From: Candidatus Multivoradales bacterium
Lineage (GTDB): Bacteria > Acidobacteriota > Thermoanaerobaculia > Multivoradales > JAHEKO01
Direction of reading: 5' to 3'
Length of the DNA stretch: 64,000 nt
Assembly (NCBI GenBank): GCA_965223855.1
Contig: CBDCXM010000009.1
Span: 2,688,001 to 2,752,000, forward strand
Shown: in pieces, positions 22,937-36,486 of the stretch
Layout of the letters: each line of letters opens with the position of its first letter
How positions within the stretch are numbered: position 1 is the first letter of the stretch
Program-made: the position numbers and the translations under genes
Notes under the pieces: model-generated
Databases searched by the model: none
What the model saw: the letters and a program-made list of their open reading frames with translations, nothing else
Told to the model about the DNA's origin: nothing

Positions 22937-23824
22937 TCAGGCGCTGGAGTCGCCGTGCCCCGCCCGGCGGTTTTCTGCTTCGATCAGTGCCTTCGGTCCG
23001 AGCTTCCCGATCGCATAGCCGTCCGGGTGAGTGCGGTTCCTCCGGTCGGTGAAGAAGTTGGGCGTCCGGCGGGCGGGCAGCCAGCGAACGGCGCGCCCGC
23101 GTAGCTTCAGGAGACCCTGAACCGCCGTCCGCGTCGTCGCCGCGGGGCGGGGGAAGCCGAAGGCGTCGAGCATCTCGTCGTCCAGCAGTGCGTAGATGCC
23201 GCGCCGCACGATCGGCGCCACGAAGCGCGGGTACCAGCCGGCGAAGAGATCGCGGGTCGCTGAGCCGACTCGCCGGTTGGCTTCGGTGAAGCGGAAGTTG
23301 GCCTTCTCGTAGTCCCTTGACCACGCCTCGAACGCTTCGTAGGTGGCCGGGATGTCGGTGATGCCCATGCGGCTGCCGATTTCGAACCAGAAGCGGTAGT
23401 AGCCGAGCTTCTCGTTCCGACAGGTCGGCCGCCAGCCGTAGCGGTCGATCCAACGGATCGGCTCGTAGACGAAGGTCGAGAGGACGTAGAGGAAGTCGTC
23501 GTTCCTGATCTTGTAGTGCCCGTGGGCCCAGTTGATTCGCTCGAGCGCGTCCGCACCACGGCCCTCCCGATACCCCCACTCGCACAGTTCTGCGACGAGG
23601 ATCGCGGTGTCGTCATAGCGCCGCTGGGCGGCGCGGTAGAACTCACCCGTTCCGTCGAGCAGTGCCGAGACCGTGGGCACGCAGTAGGTGCGATAGAGCG
23701 CCAGCTCCAGCGCCCGCGTAGAGTCCCACGGGAATTCGTAGCCGAACGAGAGGTGGACGATCCGCTCGTTGTCGGTCAGGGGATCGAGGCTCTCGATCTC
23801 GCGCAGATTGTCGAATCGTCCCAT
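22937..23824 (-). CDS. Oxygenase MpaB / DUF2236 family protein
   Basis: ALYRTYCVP, RRYDDT, RINWAH, DFLYVLSTF; GGAG before ATG 23824. Confidence 0.82.
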   Translation of the reverse strand: MGRFDNLREIESLDPLTDNERIVHLSFGYEFPWDSTRALELALYRTYCVPTVSALLDGTGEFYRAAQRRYDDTAILVAELCEWGYREGRGADALERINWAHGHYKIRNDDFLYVLSTFVYEPIRWIDRYGWRPTCRNEKLGYYRFWFEIGSRMGITDIPATYEAFEAWSRDYEKANFRFTEANRRVGSATRDLFAGWYPRFVAPIVRRGIYALLDDEMLDAFGFPRPAATTRTAVQGLLKLRGRAVRWLPARRTPNFFTDRRNRTHPDGYAIGKLGPKALIEAENRRAGHGDSSA

Positions 23825-24038
23825 CGGAGGCTCGCTCTGGTCGTTCGTGGGGTTTGCTTGCGCTACGAAGCCGGGCTCGATGCAGATTCCTGGTAGTCGT
23901 CCCGGCGCGAGCGAGCAGGGTAACGGAACGAGAGTGCATCCGATTCGGACCCTCGTGCGGAGGGGTAGGGGCCTGGGCGCCCTCGAGCCTGTTCGAGCGT
24001 TGCGCCATCGAGGCTTCGGCGGCCATGGGAGATACGCA

Positions 24039-24455
24039 ATGAAGAGACGTGGAGCAGAGGGCCCGTGGCAGGACGCAATGCTGGCGGTGCCGAGGGTCTT
24101 CGCCGGTCTGGTGCTCGCCATCAGCTTCGGGGCCAGCAAGTTTCCGGTGCCGGAGTGGTTCGTCACCGACGTCGGCAACCTCGGCTTCCCGCTGCCGATT
24201 CTGTTCGCCTGGGCGGCGGTGCTCGCCGAGGTCCTCGGCGGTCTCCTTCTCGCCGCCGGCTTTCTCACCCGACCCGCAGCCGCGTCGATCGTCGCCACCA
24301 TGCTGGTCGCCGCGCTGCTACAGAAGGCGGGCGACCCGCTCTGGGAGCGGCTGCCGGCCTTGTTCTTCATGGCGGTCGCGTACTACCACCTGGCCCTGGG
24401 CGGCGGGCGCTTCAGCGTCGATGGCTGGCTGCGGCGCCGCTCGCGGGGCGGATGA
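24039..24455 (+). CDS. DoxX family membrane protein
   Basis: R..G....G..K, EVLGGLLL.AGFLTR, GGGRFSVD. Confidence 0.85.
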   Translation: MKRRGAEGPWQDAMLAVPRVFAGLVLAISFGASKFPVPEWFVTDVGNLGFPLPILFAWAAVLAEVLGGLLLAAGFLTRPAAASIVATMLVAALLQKAGDPLWERLPALFFMAVAYYHLALGGGRFSVDGWLRRRSRGG

Positions 24456-24580
24456 AGACACTGAGCGGAGAGTAGTCCTCACAGCGCTCACCGAGCGGCG
24501 ATCACTCACGCCCGCAGGCAAACGGTGCAGAGTGAGGTTGCCTGCCGAGGCGTGGCGACTGTCCGCAAAGGTCCGCGATG

Positions 24581-25297
24581 TCAGGAAAAGAGCTCCGGAT
24601 CCCCGGACCCGTTCCTCGCATCGACGACGGCCTGAAGCTGCTCGAACCGCTGCTCGAGTTCGCCGCGTATCGCCTCGGCTTGCTGTGCGTTCATCCGCTC
24701 GGGCATCTCGATACCTTCCCCGTACCCGAGGTCCACACGGGAGAAGGGGAGCGGCAGCAGCGTCCGGTCCCAGGCTCGGCGGAAGATGTGAGCCGGCTTC
24801 GCCGCGGCAGTCACCGGCACGATCACTCCTCCGGTCCAGCGCGCCAGGCGCACGACCCCTCCCTGCACCTTCCCCCGCGGACCTCGCGAGCCATCGACGG
24901 CGAGGGCTGCGCCCCAGCCGGGCCGGCTGCGAACCCTCCGGATCATCTCCTGGATCGCCTCCAGTCCCCCGCGACCCGACGAGCCGCGGACGACGTCCAG
25001 TCCGAGGCGTTCCTCGATCCGCGCCATCGCCTCGCCGTCGAGGCTCTGGGAGCACATGGAGACCCAGCGTCCCCGGTCCTTGCGCGACAGGCGCCTCAGG
25101 ATGGTGAAGGTGCGGCCGTGCAGGAAGGCGAGGATGACGGGTCGGCCAGTCTCCTGTGCGGCCCGGAGGTTCTCCAGGCCGGTCTCGCGGTAGCGCCAGG
25201 TGGCCTCGAGGGTCGCGAGGAAGGCGTGGGCGAGGGTCGGGACGAGGTGAAGCATCGTCCAGCGGCGTAGAGGAGAGGCTGCTTCTACGGAGGTCAT
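24581..25297 (-). CDS. DUF374 / lysophospholipid acyltransferase-like protein
   Basis: LHGR, SQSLDGE, VRGSS.RGG, VDGSRGP, WDRTLLPLPFS. Confidence 0.85.
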   Translation of the reverse strand: MTSVEAASPLRRWTMLHLVPTLAHAFLATLEATWRYRETGLENLRAAQETGRPVILAFLHGRTFTILRRLSRKDRGRWVSMCSQSLDGEAMARIEERLGLDVVRGSSGRGGLEAIQEMIRRVRSRPGWGAALAVDGSRGPRGKVQGGVVRLARWTGGVIVPVTAAAKPAHIFRRAWDRTLLPLPFSRVDLGYGEGIEMPERMNAQQAEAIRGELEQRFEQLQAVVDARNGSGDPELFS

Positions 25298-25409
25298 CGG
25301 TGGCGAGGCTGCGTGACGGGGGCGAGGGGCGGAGGAGCTGTGATCTTACCGGCGCCGACGCGCACGGTCGCTGTGGTAGAACGGCAGCTTCTCACCGAGG
25401 AGGTGCCCG

Positions 25410-28657
<3,248 letters not shown>

Positions 28658-28658
<1 letters not shown>

Positions 28659-29908
28659 TGCGAATCCCCAGGTTGCCGTTCCTGCTGCTGGCACTCGCCT
28701 GCGCGCCGGCTCAGCAGGAGGAGGCCCGGGAGGGGCAGTCTCCAGACGAGGCCGCGCCCGAGACCGCGCTCGCTCGCGCCGAGCGGATCGCCGGCGACAC
28801 GCTGCTCGTCGATACCCACATCGACGTCCCTTACCGCCTCGGCGAGGCGATGGAGGACATCTCCGTGCGCACAGACGGCGGCGACTTCGACTACCCGCGG
28901 GCCGTCGCCGGAGGGCTCGACGCGCCGTTCATGTCGATCTATGTGCCCGCCTCCTACGAGGGAGAGGGCGCCTTCGACTTCGCTGAGAGCCTGATCGACA
29001 TGGTGGAGGGATTCGAGCGCCAGTGGCCCGACAAGTTCCGGATTGCCCGCTCGGTGGCCGACGTGCGGGCGAACTTCGAGGCGGGGGTGATGTCGCTCCC
29101 TCTCGGCATGGAGAACGGCGCGCCGATCGAGGGCGACCTCGCCAACCTCGCCCATTTCCACGAGCGCGGCATCCGCTACATCACCCTCACCCACGCCGAG
29201 AACAACCACATCTGCGACTCCTCCTACGCCACCGAGCGCACGTGGAACGGGCTGTCGCCCTTCGGCCGGGAGCTGGTGGCGGAGATGAACCGGCTCGGGG
29301 TGATGATCGACGTGTCGCACGTCTCGGACGAGACGTTCCAACAGGTGCTCGATCTCACGACGGCTCCGGTGATCGCGTCTCATTCGTCGCTGCGCCACTT
29401 CACACCGGGATTCGAGCGCAACCTGTCCGACGAGATGGTCGTGCGGCTGGCCGAGAACGGCGGGGTGGTGCAGATCAACTTCGGCTCGGCGTTCCTGACG
29501 CAGGAGGCGAACGAACAGTCGAACGAGTTCTACGCGGCGCTCGGCGAGTATGCGGCCGAGAACGGCCTGGAAGACGGGGATCCGGCGCTCGAGGCGTTCG
29601 AGGAGAGCTGGTTCGAGGAGCGGCCCAAGCGCTATGCCTCGATCGCCGACGTCGTCGCCCACATCGATCGAACGGTCGAGCTGGCGGGGATCGATCATGT
29701 CGGCATCGGTTCGGACTACGACGGTGTCGGCGACTCGCTGCCGACCGGGCTCAAGGATGTTTCGACCTACCCGAACCTGATCGCGGCACTGCTCGACGGC
29801 GGCTACTCGGAGCAGGACGTGAAGAAGATCCTGAGCGGCAACGTGATGCGGGTTTGGAGCGAGGTCGAAGCGGTGGCGGCGGCCGCCGGGGCGGTGAGCG
29901 ATGGCTGA
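28658..29908 (+). CDS. Membrane dipeptidase (peptidase M19) lipoprotein
   Basis: Lipobox LALAC; DTHID, GMEN, DVSH, ASHSS, GSDYDG; ATG overlaps previous TGA. Confidence 0.92.
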
Positions 29909-31043
29909 GGGGGTTCGGGGCGGAATCGCACGGCTGCTGGTATCGACCCTCGTCCTGGCGGTCCTGTCGACAGCAGCGGAAGCGTCGTCGGGCCGGGTCG
30001 ATCGCGAGACGGCGTCCCGCTTTGCCGCCCTCGCTCTCGATTGCGTCCACCGCGAGTACCCGAACAAGATCGCCCACGTGCTCGCCTCGGACGATGACGC
30101 CCGTCCGCCGCGCGAGCTGACGCCGGCGTTCAAGGGGTGCTACGACTGGCACTCCGCCGTCCACGGGCACTGGCTGCTGGCCCGTCTCGCGCGGCAGTTC
30201 CCGGAAAGTGAGTTCGCACCTGAGGCGCTTCGGGCTCTGGCGATCAGCCTGACGCCCGAGAAGCTGGCGGCCGAGGCCGCGTACCTGGCTGCGGACGGGC
30301 GCCAGGGGTTCGAGCGGCCCTACGGCCTGGCCTGGCTGCTGCAGCTGGCGGCGGAGCTCCACGAATGGCAATCCGTTCCCGGAGGGGAGCTGGCCGCGGT
30401 CTGGCGCGAGGCGCTCGAGCCGCTGGAGAAGGAAGCTTCAGCGCGTCTGGCGAGCTGGATCCCCAAGCTGACCCATCCGATTCGCATCGGCGAGCATGCA
30501 CAGACCGCCTTCGCGTTCGGGCTGATCCTCGACTGGGCGCGGACGGTAGGCGACCACGAGATGGAGGCCCTGCTCGTCGAGCGAAGCCTCGCCTTCCACG
30601 AGGGCGACCGCGCCTGCCCGCTGGCCTACGAGCCGTCCGGGCACGACTTCCTCTCACCGTGCATCGCCGAGGCCGATCTGATGCGCCGCGTGCTGGAGCC
30701 GGAAGCGTTCGCAGCGTGGCTGACCGGCTTCCTGCCCGGGATTCCCGCCACGCCGGAGGCGGATTGGCTGCCCCCGGCGGTGGTCAGCGACCGCTCGGAC
30801 GGCAAGCTCGCCCATCTCGACGGCCTCAACCTCAGTCGCGCCTGGATGCTCGAGGGGGTGGCGACGGCGCTCGCGGCCACGGACCCGCGGCGCGCGGCGC
30901 TGGAGGCCGCGGTCGAGGCGCACCGAGTCGCCGGGCTGGCGTCCGTGACCGGTGAGCACTACGAGGGGGGGCACTGGCTCGGCAGTTTTGCCACCTACCT
31001 CGAGACTGCCCGCGGCCTCCCCGCCGATCCCCGGAGCGACTGA
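29901..31043 (+). CDS. DUF2891 family protein
   Basis: REYPN, GCYDWHSAVHGHW, FERPYG, HLDGLNLSRAW, GGHWLGSFA. Confidence 0.88.
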   Translation: MAEGVRGGIARLLVSTLVLAVLSTAAEASSGRVDRETASRFAALALDCVHREYPNKIAHVLASDDDARPPRELTPAFKGCYDWHSAVHGHWLLARLARQFPESEFAPEALRALAISLTPEKLAAEAAYLAADGRQGFERPYGLAWLLQLAAELHEWQSVPGGELAAVWREALEPLEKEASARLASWIPKLTHPIRIGEHAQTAFAFGLILDWARTVGDHEMEALLVERSLAFHEGDRACPLAYEPSGHDFLSPCIAEADLMRRVLEPEAFAAWLTGFLPGIPATPEADWLPPAVVSDRSDGKLAHLDGLNLSRAWMLEGVATALAATDPRRAALEAAVEAHRVAGLASVTGEHYEGGHWLGSFATYLETARGLPADPRSD

Positions 31044-31046
31044 GCG

Positions 31047-31586
31047 CTACCTGATCCGGAAGTGGACGAGGGCGCCGAAGGTGATCGAGTCCGAGTCGGC
31101 GCCGAACACGCTCCCGAACTTGTCGGTCTCGTAGTTGGCGTTGATGTCGAGGTGGATCCTCGGCAGCAGCAGCAGGTCGAGGCCGAGGCGGCCGATGAAG
31201 TAGGGATCGGACGCGTCCTCGCTGCTGGCGAGATTGTCGGGGTAGAAGTCGATCGCCACTCCGGCGCCCCCGTAGAGAGTCCCGCCGAGGAGCACCAGAG
31301 CCTTCGGCGAGATCACCTCACCGGTCTCCGGGAGGTAGCCGTCTTCGATGTACTCGAGGTCGAACTCGAAACGGAAGAGACCCGCCGGGTTGACGCCGTA
31401 GGCGAGCACCAGCGAGTTGCCGCTGTCCTCGATGCTCCCAAGGTCGCCGATGTTGACGTCGTCGGCGGTCTCGAAGAAGCGCACGCCGCCGCCGAGCGTG
31501 TGCTCCGCCGCGCGCGCGGAGGCGGGCAGGCAGACGAGCAGGCCTACTAGGGCGGCGAGGAAGCGGGACGGTGTGAGGCGGCGCAT
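31047..31586 (-). CDS. Outer-membrane beta-barrel protein
   Basis: Signal peptide (ARA), alternating aromatic/hydrophobic strands, terminal VHFRIR. Confidence 0.7.
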   Translation of the reverse strand: MRRLTPSRFLAALVGLLVCLPASARAAEHTLGGGVRFFETADDVNIGDLGSIEDSGNSLVLAYGVNPAGLFRFEFDLEYIEDGYLPETGEVISPKALVLLGGTLYGGAGVAIDFYPDNLASSEDASDPYFIGRLGLDLLLLPRIHLDINANYETDKFGSVFGADSDSITFGALVHFRIR

Positions 31587-31777
31587 GGGATCTCCTTTCA
31601 CGGCCTCTCGACGAGGCGTCGGCGAACTCTCTCATCGCGGCCGCCGTGGCAGGCCGCCGGCTCGGCTACGCTACGCACCCCGCGCAGGTTCCACAAGGGC
31701 GGTATTGCCTGGCCGCCTTTCACAACAGCCGGCTTCCGCAGAGTCTTCCGTTGCGATGTCCGGGCCGATCGGTTCCG

Positions 31778-33739
31778 TCAGCGGCGTGACTCTCCCGCAC
31801 CCTCGCCGAAGTAGAAGGGACTCGTCCAGGCGGCGTGACCGTCGACCTGAACGACCCTCAGGTAGAGGTACTCGCCGGCCTTCAGCTCCTGGATCTCCGT
31901 CGTCAGTCGTGCGAGCGGACTCCCGTCTCCGGGCCGCGAGAGCACGATCTCCCCGCTGCGAACGAGATCGATTCGCTCGATGGGGGCCGTGCCGACGACC
32001 CCGGCCTCGAGCGTGACGCGATCCGCGACAGGCAGTCGCGAACCCATGAGGCGGCCTTCGATCGAGGCTTCGACGACGATCCGGGCTCCCGAAGTCGCGT
32101 AGCAGTGTCGCGCGCGCAGCGCCGCGGCGAGCCCCGCACGGCTGTTCTCGGCACCGACGAGCGCTGCGAGGCCGCCACCCGGGTTTGCCAGCTGCGTCAG
32201 GCCCGGGTGGCCGTCGTGGCTGTCGCCGGAACCGATGAAGCCGAACTCGAACCCGCGGTCGAGGACGTCCCTCACGAAGTGACCGGGAGCCGCGCCGCGC
32301 ACCGGGCGCGGAGAGTCAGCCGCCTCGCTCGAGCCGTGAACCGACACCACCTCTGTTACCGGCTCGAGCTCGGGATCGGGCGGGTAGGACCAGTTGGTCG
32401 CCACGGGAGCGCCTGCGGAATGGTGCGCGAAGGTCATCGCGTCGAGGCCTCGCAGCGCCGCCCACAACTTCGGCGGAGTCTCGTAGTCCGGGTCGACGGC
32501 GCTGAGCACTGGGCCGTCGGCGGAGAAGTACAGGACGTGCCGGTGGCCGTGGACCCAGTTCGTCCACTCATATCCCAGCAGGGTGGAGAAGCGTCCAGGG
32601 GCGTGGAAACGCTCCACCGCCGTCCGGATGCGTTGCCACAGCTCGGGGTGGGTGGCGAGCGGCTGGAGCCCCCAGTGATCGTGGTCGGTCAGCGCGGTGA
32701 AGTCGAGGGCGGCGACGTCACGCGCGTACTCGAAGTACTGCTCCGGCGTGCCGGTGCCGTCGCTGAGATTGGAGTGGCCGTGAACGTCACCCCACAGGAC
32801 TCGCTCGGCGTCGGGGCTGACCATCATCGGATTGCTGACGGCCCCGGTCAGCGGCTCGACAGGGACCGCCCGAACCCGCCAGATGCCGCTCTCGGGCGCG
32901 GACAGGGAGAGCGTTGCCACTCCGTCGGGTCCGATCTCGAGGGCGTCGGGGAAGGACTCGGGCGCGGAGCGGTCGGCCCCCGGCTCGTCGGAGTCGAGTT
33001 GATGCCACAGGAGCGCGACCTCGGCGAGCGGCACCCTGGCGCGATTGCCGATCGGATCGACCGCGGCGGCGCGCAGCTCGACGACTTCCCCGGGTCGCAC
33101 CACCGAGGGAAGGGTGACGACCAGGCCCGAAGCGGGCCCGGCCACTACCTCCACGGTCGGCGAAGGGACGACGAGCCCTCGCACGCCATCTCCGTCGCCG
33201 TCGACCGCGAACCAGAACGGCGACTCGCGCTCGGCGTAGCTGTCGGCCACCGCACCGGACGCCCCGGCTCCGAAAGTGAGCTCGATCAGCTCGCCGGGCG
33301 CCAGCGGTCGCCCGCCGATCCGGACCGCCAGCAGTTGCCGGTCGATGGTCGTCGCTTCCAGCTCGACGCCCTCGGCCGTCGTCTCGACCGTGGTGTAGCC
33401 GGGGGCGAACTCGGAAAGAGTCTGCGGCGAGCTCCAGTTCCAGAAGGGGGAGACCTGGAAGTAGAGCCAGCCCCCCTCGACAATGCCCAGCGGCCCCGCC
33501 TCGTAGACGAACGTCCAGCTGGCGGCGTCGCCGGCGGACACGGCGCCCGGGCCGGCGACGAGAGTGGCGCTGCCGCCGCCGTCCGACTCGTGACGTGGCG
33601 TCGCGAGGTCGAGCTGCAGGCTCTCGTGGATGTCGGAGCGGGCATTGAACGACTCGGCCGGTCGAGGAGCGGGCGCCTCGCAGCCCGCCAGCAGCGCGAA
33701 AGCCAGCAGCGACGTTCCCGCCTGCAGGTTCGTTCTCAC
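31778..33739 (-). CDS. DUF3604 / PHP-like metallohydrolase lipoprotein
   Basis: Lipobox LAGC; WGDVHGHSNLSDG, TDHD, GYEW, GDSHDGHPG, YATSG, AWTSP. Confidence 0.85.
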   Translation of the reverse strand: MRTNLQAGTSLLAFALLAGCEAPAPRPAESFNARSDIHESLQLDLATPRHESDGGGSATLVAGPGAVSAGDAASWTFVYEAGPLGIVEGGWLYFQVSPFWNWSSPQTLSEFAPGYTTVETTAEGVELEATTIDRQLLAVRIGGRPLAPGELIELTFGAGASGAVADSYAERESPFWFAVDGDGDGVRGLVVPSPTVEVVAGPASGLVVTLPSVVRPGEVVELRAAAVDPIGNRARVPLAEVALLWHQLDSDEPGADRSAPESFPDALEIGPDGVATLSLSAPESGIWRVRAVPVEPLTGAVSNPMMVSPDAERVLWGDVHGHSNLSDGTGTPEQYFEYARDVAALDFTALTDHDHWGLQPLATHPELWQRIRTAVERFHAPGRFSTLLGYEWTNWVHGHRHVLYFSADGPVLSAVDPDYETPPKLWAALRGLDAMTFAHHSAGAPVATNWSYPPDPELEPVTEVVSVHGSSEAADSPRPVRGAAPGHFVRDVLDRGFEFGFIGSGDSHDGHPGLTQLANPGGGLAALVGAENSRAGLAAALRARHCYATSGARIVVEASIEGRLMGSRLPVADRVTLEAGVVGTAPIERIDLVRSGEIVLSRPGDGSPLARLTTEIQELKAGEYLYLRVVQVDGHAAWTSPFYFGEGAGESRR

Positions 33740-33862
33740 TCGCCGATCGTAGCCGGTCGCGGGCAGGGTTGCTCCGCGCCGCCGGAGTCGGCACAATCAG
33801 CGCTCCTGCGCTTCCTGCGCGCCTGCCACACCGTTTCCCCGACCATCCCGAAGGAGCCCGTC

Positions 33863-34435
33863 ATGGGTGTACTCGACGCCAATCAGTGCCGACCTGGAAC
33901 CAAACTGCTGCTCGACGGCGAGCTCTACAACGTCCTCGAGCGGGCCCACCACAAGCCCGGCAAGGGCGGCGCCTTCGTGCGCTTCAAGCTCAAGGGGATC
34001 GTCAACGGCAAGGTGATCGACCACACGGTGCGCGCCGGGACGAAGATGGAGACCGCCGACGTCACGACGCAGACGATGCAGTACCTCTACCAGGACGGTG
34101 ACAGCTTCGTCTTCATGCACCTCGAGACGTACGACCAGATCATGATTCCTTCCGAGCTGCTCGGCTTCGGCGCCGGTTTTCTGACCGAGAACGCCGAGGC
34201 GGACGTGACGATGTACGAAGGTCGGGCGATCGGCATCCAGTTGCCACAGAAGATGGTCTTCGAAGTCACCGACACGATCGAGAACCCCGCTAAGGGCAAC
34301 ACGGCGACGAACGTGATGAAGGACGCGACGATCAGCACCGGGATGACCATCCAGGTGCCCCCCTTCATCAACATCGGCGACAAGGTGCGAATCGCCACCG
34401 ACGACGGCAGCTACGTCGAGCGAGCCAACGACTGA
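33863..34435 (+). CDS. efp: Elongation factor P
   Basis: HHKPGKGGAFVR, MQYLY.D, ETYDQ, KGNTA, VPPFI; AAGGAG before ATG 33863. Confidence 0.97.
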   Translation: MGVLDANQCRPGTKLLLDGELYNVLERAHHKPGKGGAFVRFKLKGIVNGKVIDHTVRAGTKMETADVTTQTMQYLYQDGDSFVFMHLETYDQIMIPSELLGFGAGFLTENAEADVTMYEGRAIGIQLPQKMVFEVTDTIENPAKGNTATNVMKDATISTGMTIQVPPFINIGDKVRIATDDGSYVERAND

Positions 34436-34459
34436 CGGCCGCCGCCGTGCACGACGACC

Positions 34460-34954
34460 TCAGTCGGCGCGCAGGATGTCGCGCACGATCTTGAGGTGGT
34501 GGTGGTGATGAAGGTCGAGGAACCTCCAGCAATCGTCGACCGTCAGTCCCCCGAAGTACGGATGACGCGCTACCCGGGCCGGCGAGCCGAGCCGCTTCTC
34601 ACTGGCGCTCCAGGCCTGACTCGCCTGGCCGCGCGTCTGCTCGAGGCCCCGCACGAGATCGTCGGGGGAAAGCTCGACAGGCCGCGTCGCTCGAGGTGCC
34701 TTGCCGGCGCCGCGCGGGAGCCAGCGAGCCCAGACGAACGGTCGCGCCCACAGCTTCATGGGCGGCAGAGTTTCGTCGGGCTCGGATTCGATCGCCCTCA
34801 GAAGGCTCGAGTCCGCCTGGATCAGGTGGTCGAGATGCTGCCCGACCGACCAGCCGGAGACACGTTCGACCGACTGCTCGTGCAGCGGGACGAGGCTGTC
34901 GAACTCGTCGAATTGGCGTCGGATCCGGCTGTAGGCGCGTGCTGGACTCGTCAT
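34460..34954 (-). CDS. DinB family protein
   Basis: WSVGQHLDHL, HPYFG.L, HHHHHL. Confidence 0.8.
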   Translation of the reverse strand: MTSPARAYSRIRRQFDEFDSLVPLHEQSVERVSGWSVGQHLDHLIQADSSLLRAIESEPDETLPPMKLWARPFVWARWLPRGAGKAPRATRPVELSPDDLVRGLEQTRGQASQAWSASEKRLGSPARVARHPYFGGLTVDDCWRFLDLHHHHHLKIVRDILRAD

Positions 34955-35061
34955 CCGCGGGAGACTACCAGTGTCGGTTTCCCCTGCCTGTACAATCGCC
35001 GCGCCGCAGAGGGGCGGACGGGGGGCTCAGGAAGCTGCCGAGAGCCCGGAGAGACAGAGAC

Positions 35062-36264
35062 GTGAACGATCAGGGAATTCCACAACAACGTGCCGAGGGG
35101 GGCGACTTCCGCTCCCTCGGGCTGAGCCGCCCGATTCTGGCGGCGCTCGATGAGCTCGGCTTCACCCATCCGACGCCGATTCAGGCTGAGGTTCTGCCGC
35201 ACGCTCTCGCCGGCCGCGACGTCATCGGGCTGGCGCAGACGGGGTCCGGGAAGACCGCCGCCTTCAGTCTGCCGCTGGCCGAGAGGCATCAGCACGGCAA
35301 GGGCGTCCGGGGTTTGATCCTCAGCCCGACGCGAGAGATCGCGATGCAGACCAAGGAGTTTCTCGACGTCTTCGGCCGCTCGCATCATCTGCAGACGGTG
35401 CTCCTGATCGGCGGGGTCAAGATCGGCCCTCAGATCGACGGCTTGAAGCGCGATCCGGATCTCGTCGTGGCGACGCCGGGGCGGCTGCTCGATCACATGG
35501 AGCGCCGCACCGTGAGCCTGAAGCGGCTCGAGGATCTGGTGCTGGACGAGGCCGACCACATGCTCGACCTCGGCTTCCTGCCGCAGATTCGCCGCGTGCT
35601 GCGGGCGCTGCCGGAGGATCGGCGAACGATGATGTTCTCGGCCACGATGCCGCCGCAGGTCGCGAACCTCACTCAGCAGTTCATGCGCGACCCGGTGACC
35701 ATCGACTTGCTGCCGGAGGGCGGTGCGGCAGAGGGGATCGACCACGAGCTCTTCCTGGTCGAGGAGAAGGACAAGAAGCGCTGCCTGATCTCACTGCTGG
35801 ACGGCGACGAGGGGAGCACGCTCGTCTTCCTGCGCCGCAAGATCGACGCCGAATGGGCGTGCCGGCAGCTCGAGATCGAGGGGCATCCGGTGGAGCGCAT
35901 TCACTCCGACCGCACCCAGCGGCAGCGGACCGAGGCGCTGCAGGGCTTCCGCGAGGGAGAGCACCGCGTCCTCGTGGCGACCGACGTCGCCGCCCGCGGA
36001 ATCGACATCCCCCGCATCGAGCACATCATCAACTTCAATCCGCCCGAAACGGTCGAGGACTACATTCACCGTGCCGGGCGCACCGCCCGCGGCCGGCTCA
36101 AGGGGAAGGTCTCGACGATTGCCACCTGGCGTGATCGCGAGATGATCCTGAGGATCGAAGCGGCGCTGGGCCGCAAGATCCGGCGCTCGAAGGCGCCGGG
36201 CGTCGAGGCGTACGTCGAGCAGGCCGGGCCGCGCAAGACGCGCATCCGGCGCCGGCTGCTCTAG
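35062..36264 (+). CDS. DEAD-box RNA helicase (RhlE-like)
   Basis: Q motif PTPIQ, AQTGSGKT, PTRE, TPGRL, DEAD, SAT, ARGID, HRAGRTAR. Confidence 0.95.
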   Translation: MNDQGIPQQRAEGGDFRSLGLSRPILAALDELGFTHPTPIQAEVLPHALAGRDVIGLAQTGSGKTAAFSLPLAERHQHGKGVRGLILSPTREIAMQTKEFLDVFGRSHHLQTVLLIGGVKIGPQIDGLKRDPDLVVATPGRLLDHMERRTVSLKRLEDLVLDEADHMLDLGFLPQIRRVLRALPEDRRTMMFSATMPPQVANLTQQFMRDPVTIDLLPEGGAAEGIDHELFLVEEKDKKRCLISLLDGDEGSTLVFLRRKIDAEWACRQLEIEGHPVERIHSDRTQRQRTEALQGFREGEHRVLVATDVAARGIDIPRIEHIINFNPPETVEDYIHRAGRTARGRLKGKVSTIATWRDREMILRIEAALGRKIRRSKAPGVEAYVEQAGPRKTRIRRRLL

Positions 36265-36460
36265 CCTGAACTTCTCACGCCGGTGCACTGTTCAACGGAC
36301 TGCTCAGGAAGACCGTATGTCACTGAATCTACTGCGTTTTCCGGCCACTGCACTCCTCGACGTAGCTACGGCTATGTCTCCGGTGCTCGCGACCGGAAGC
36401 CTTGTATCTTCAGCAACCTACGGCCTTCCAGAGCACACCGGCGTATGAAGTTCAGGCTAG
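36261..36460. mobile_element. 200-bp imperfect palindromic repeat (MITE/IRU/REPIN-like), copy 1
   Basis: Terminal inverted repeats CTAGCCTGAACTTC...GAAGTTCAGGCTAG; folds along its length to apex GACGTAGC-TACG-GCTATGTC; near-identical copy at 51889. Confidence 0.88.
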
Positions 36461-36486
36461 CTCGCTCCGGCGACCGCCCCTGAGTG

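Noticed and set aside
24507-24555. Imperfect inverted repeat considered as an integron attC site
   Set aside because: Lacks RYYYAAC/GTTRRRY ends, is not repeated between neighbouring genes, and no integrase is present; more likely a hairpin between convergent genes.
31835-33862. Apparent 676-aa N-terminal extension of EF-P
   Set aside because: Antisense to the DUF3604 gene; the real start is ATG 33863 with an RBS.
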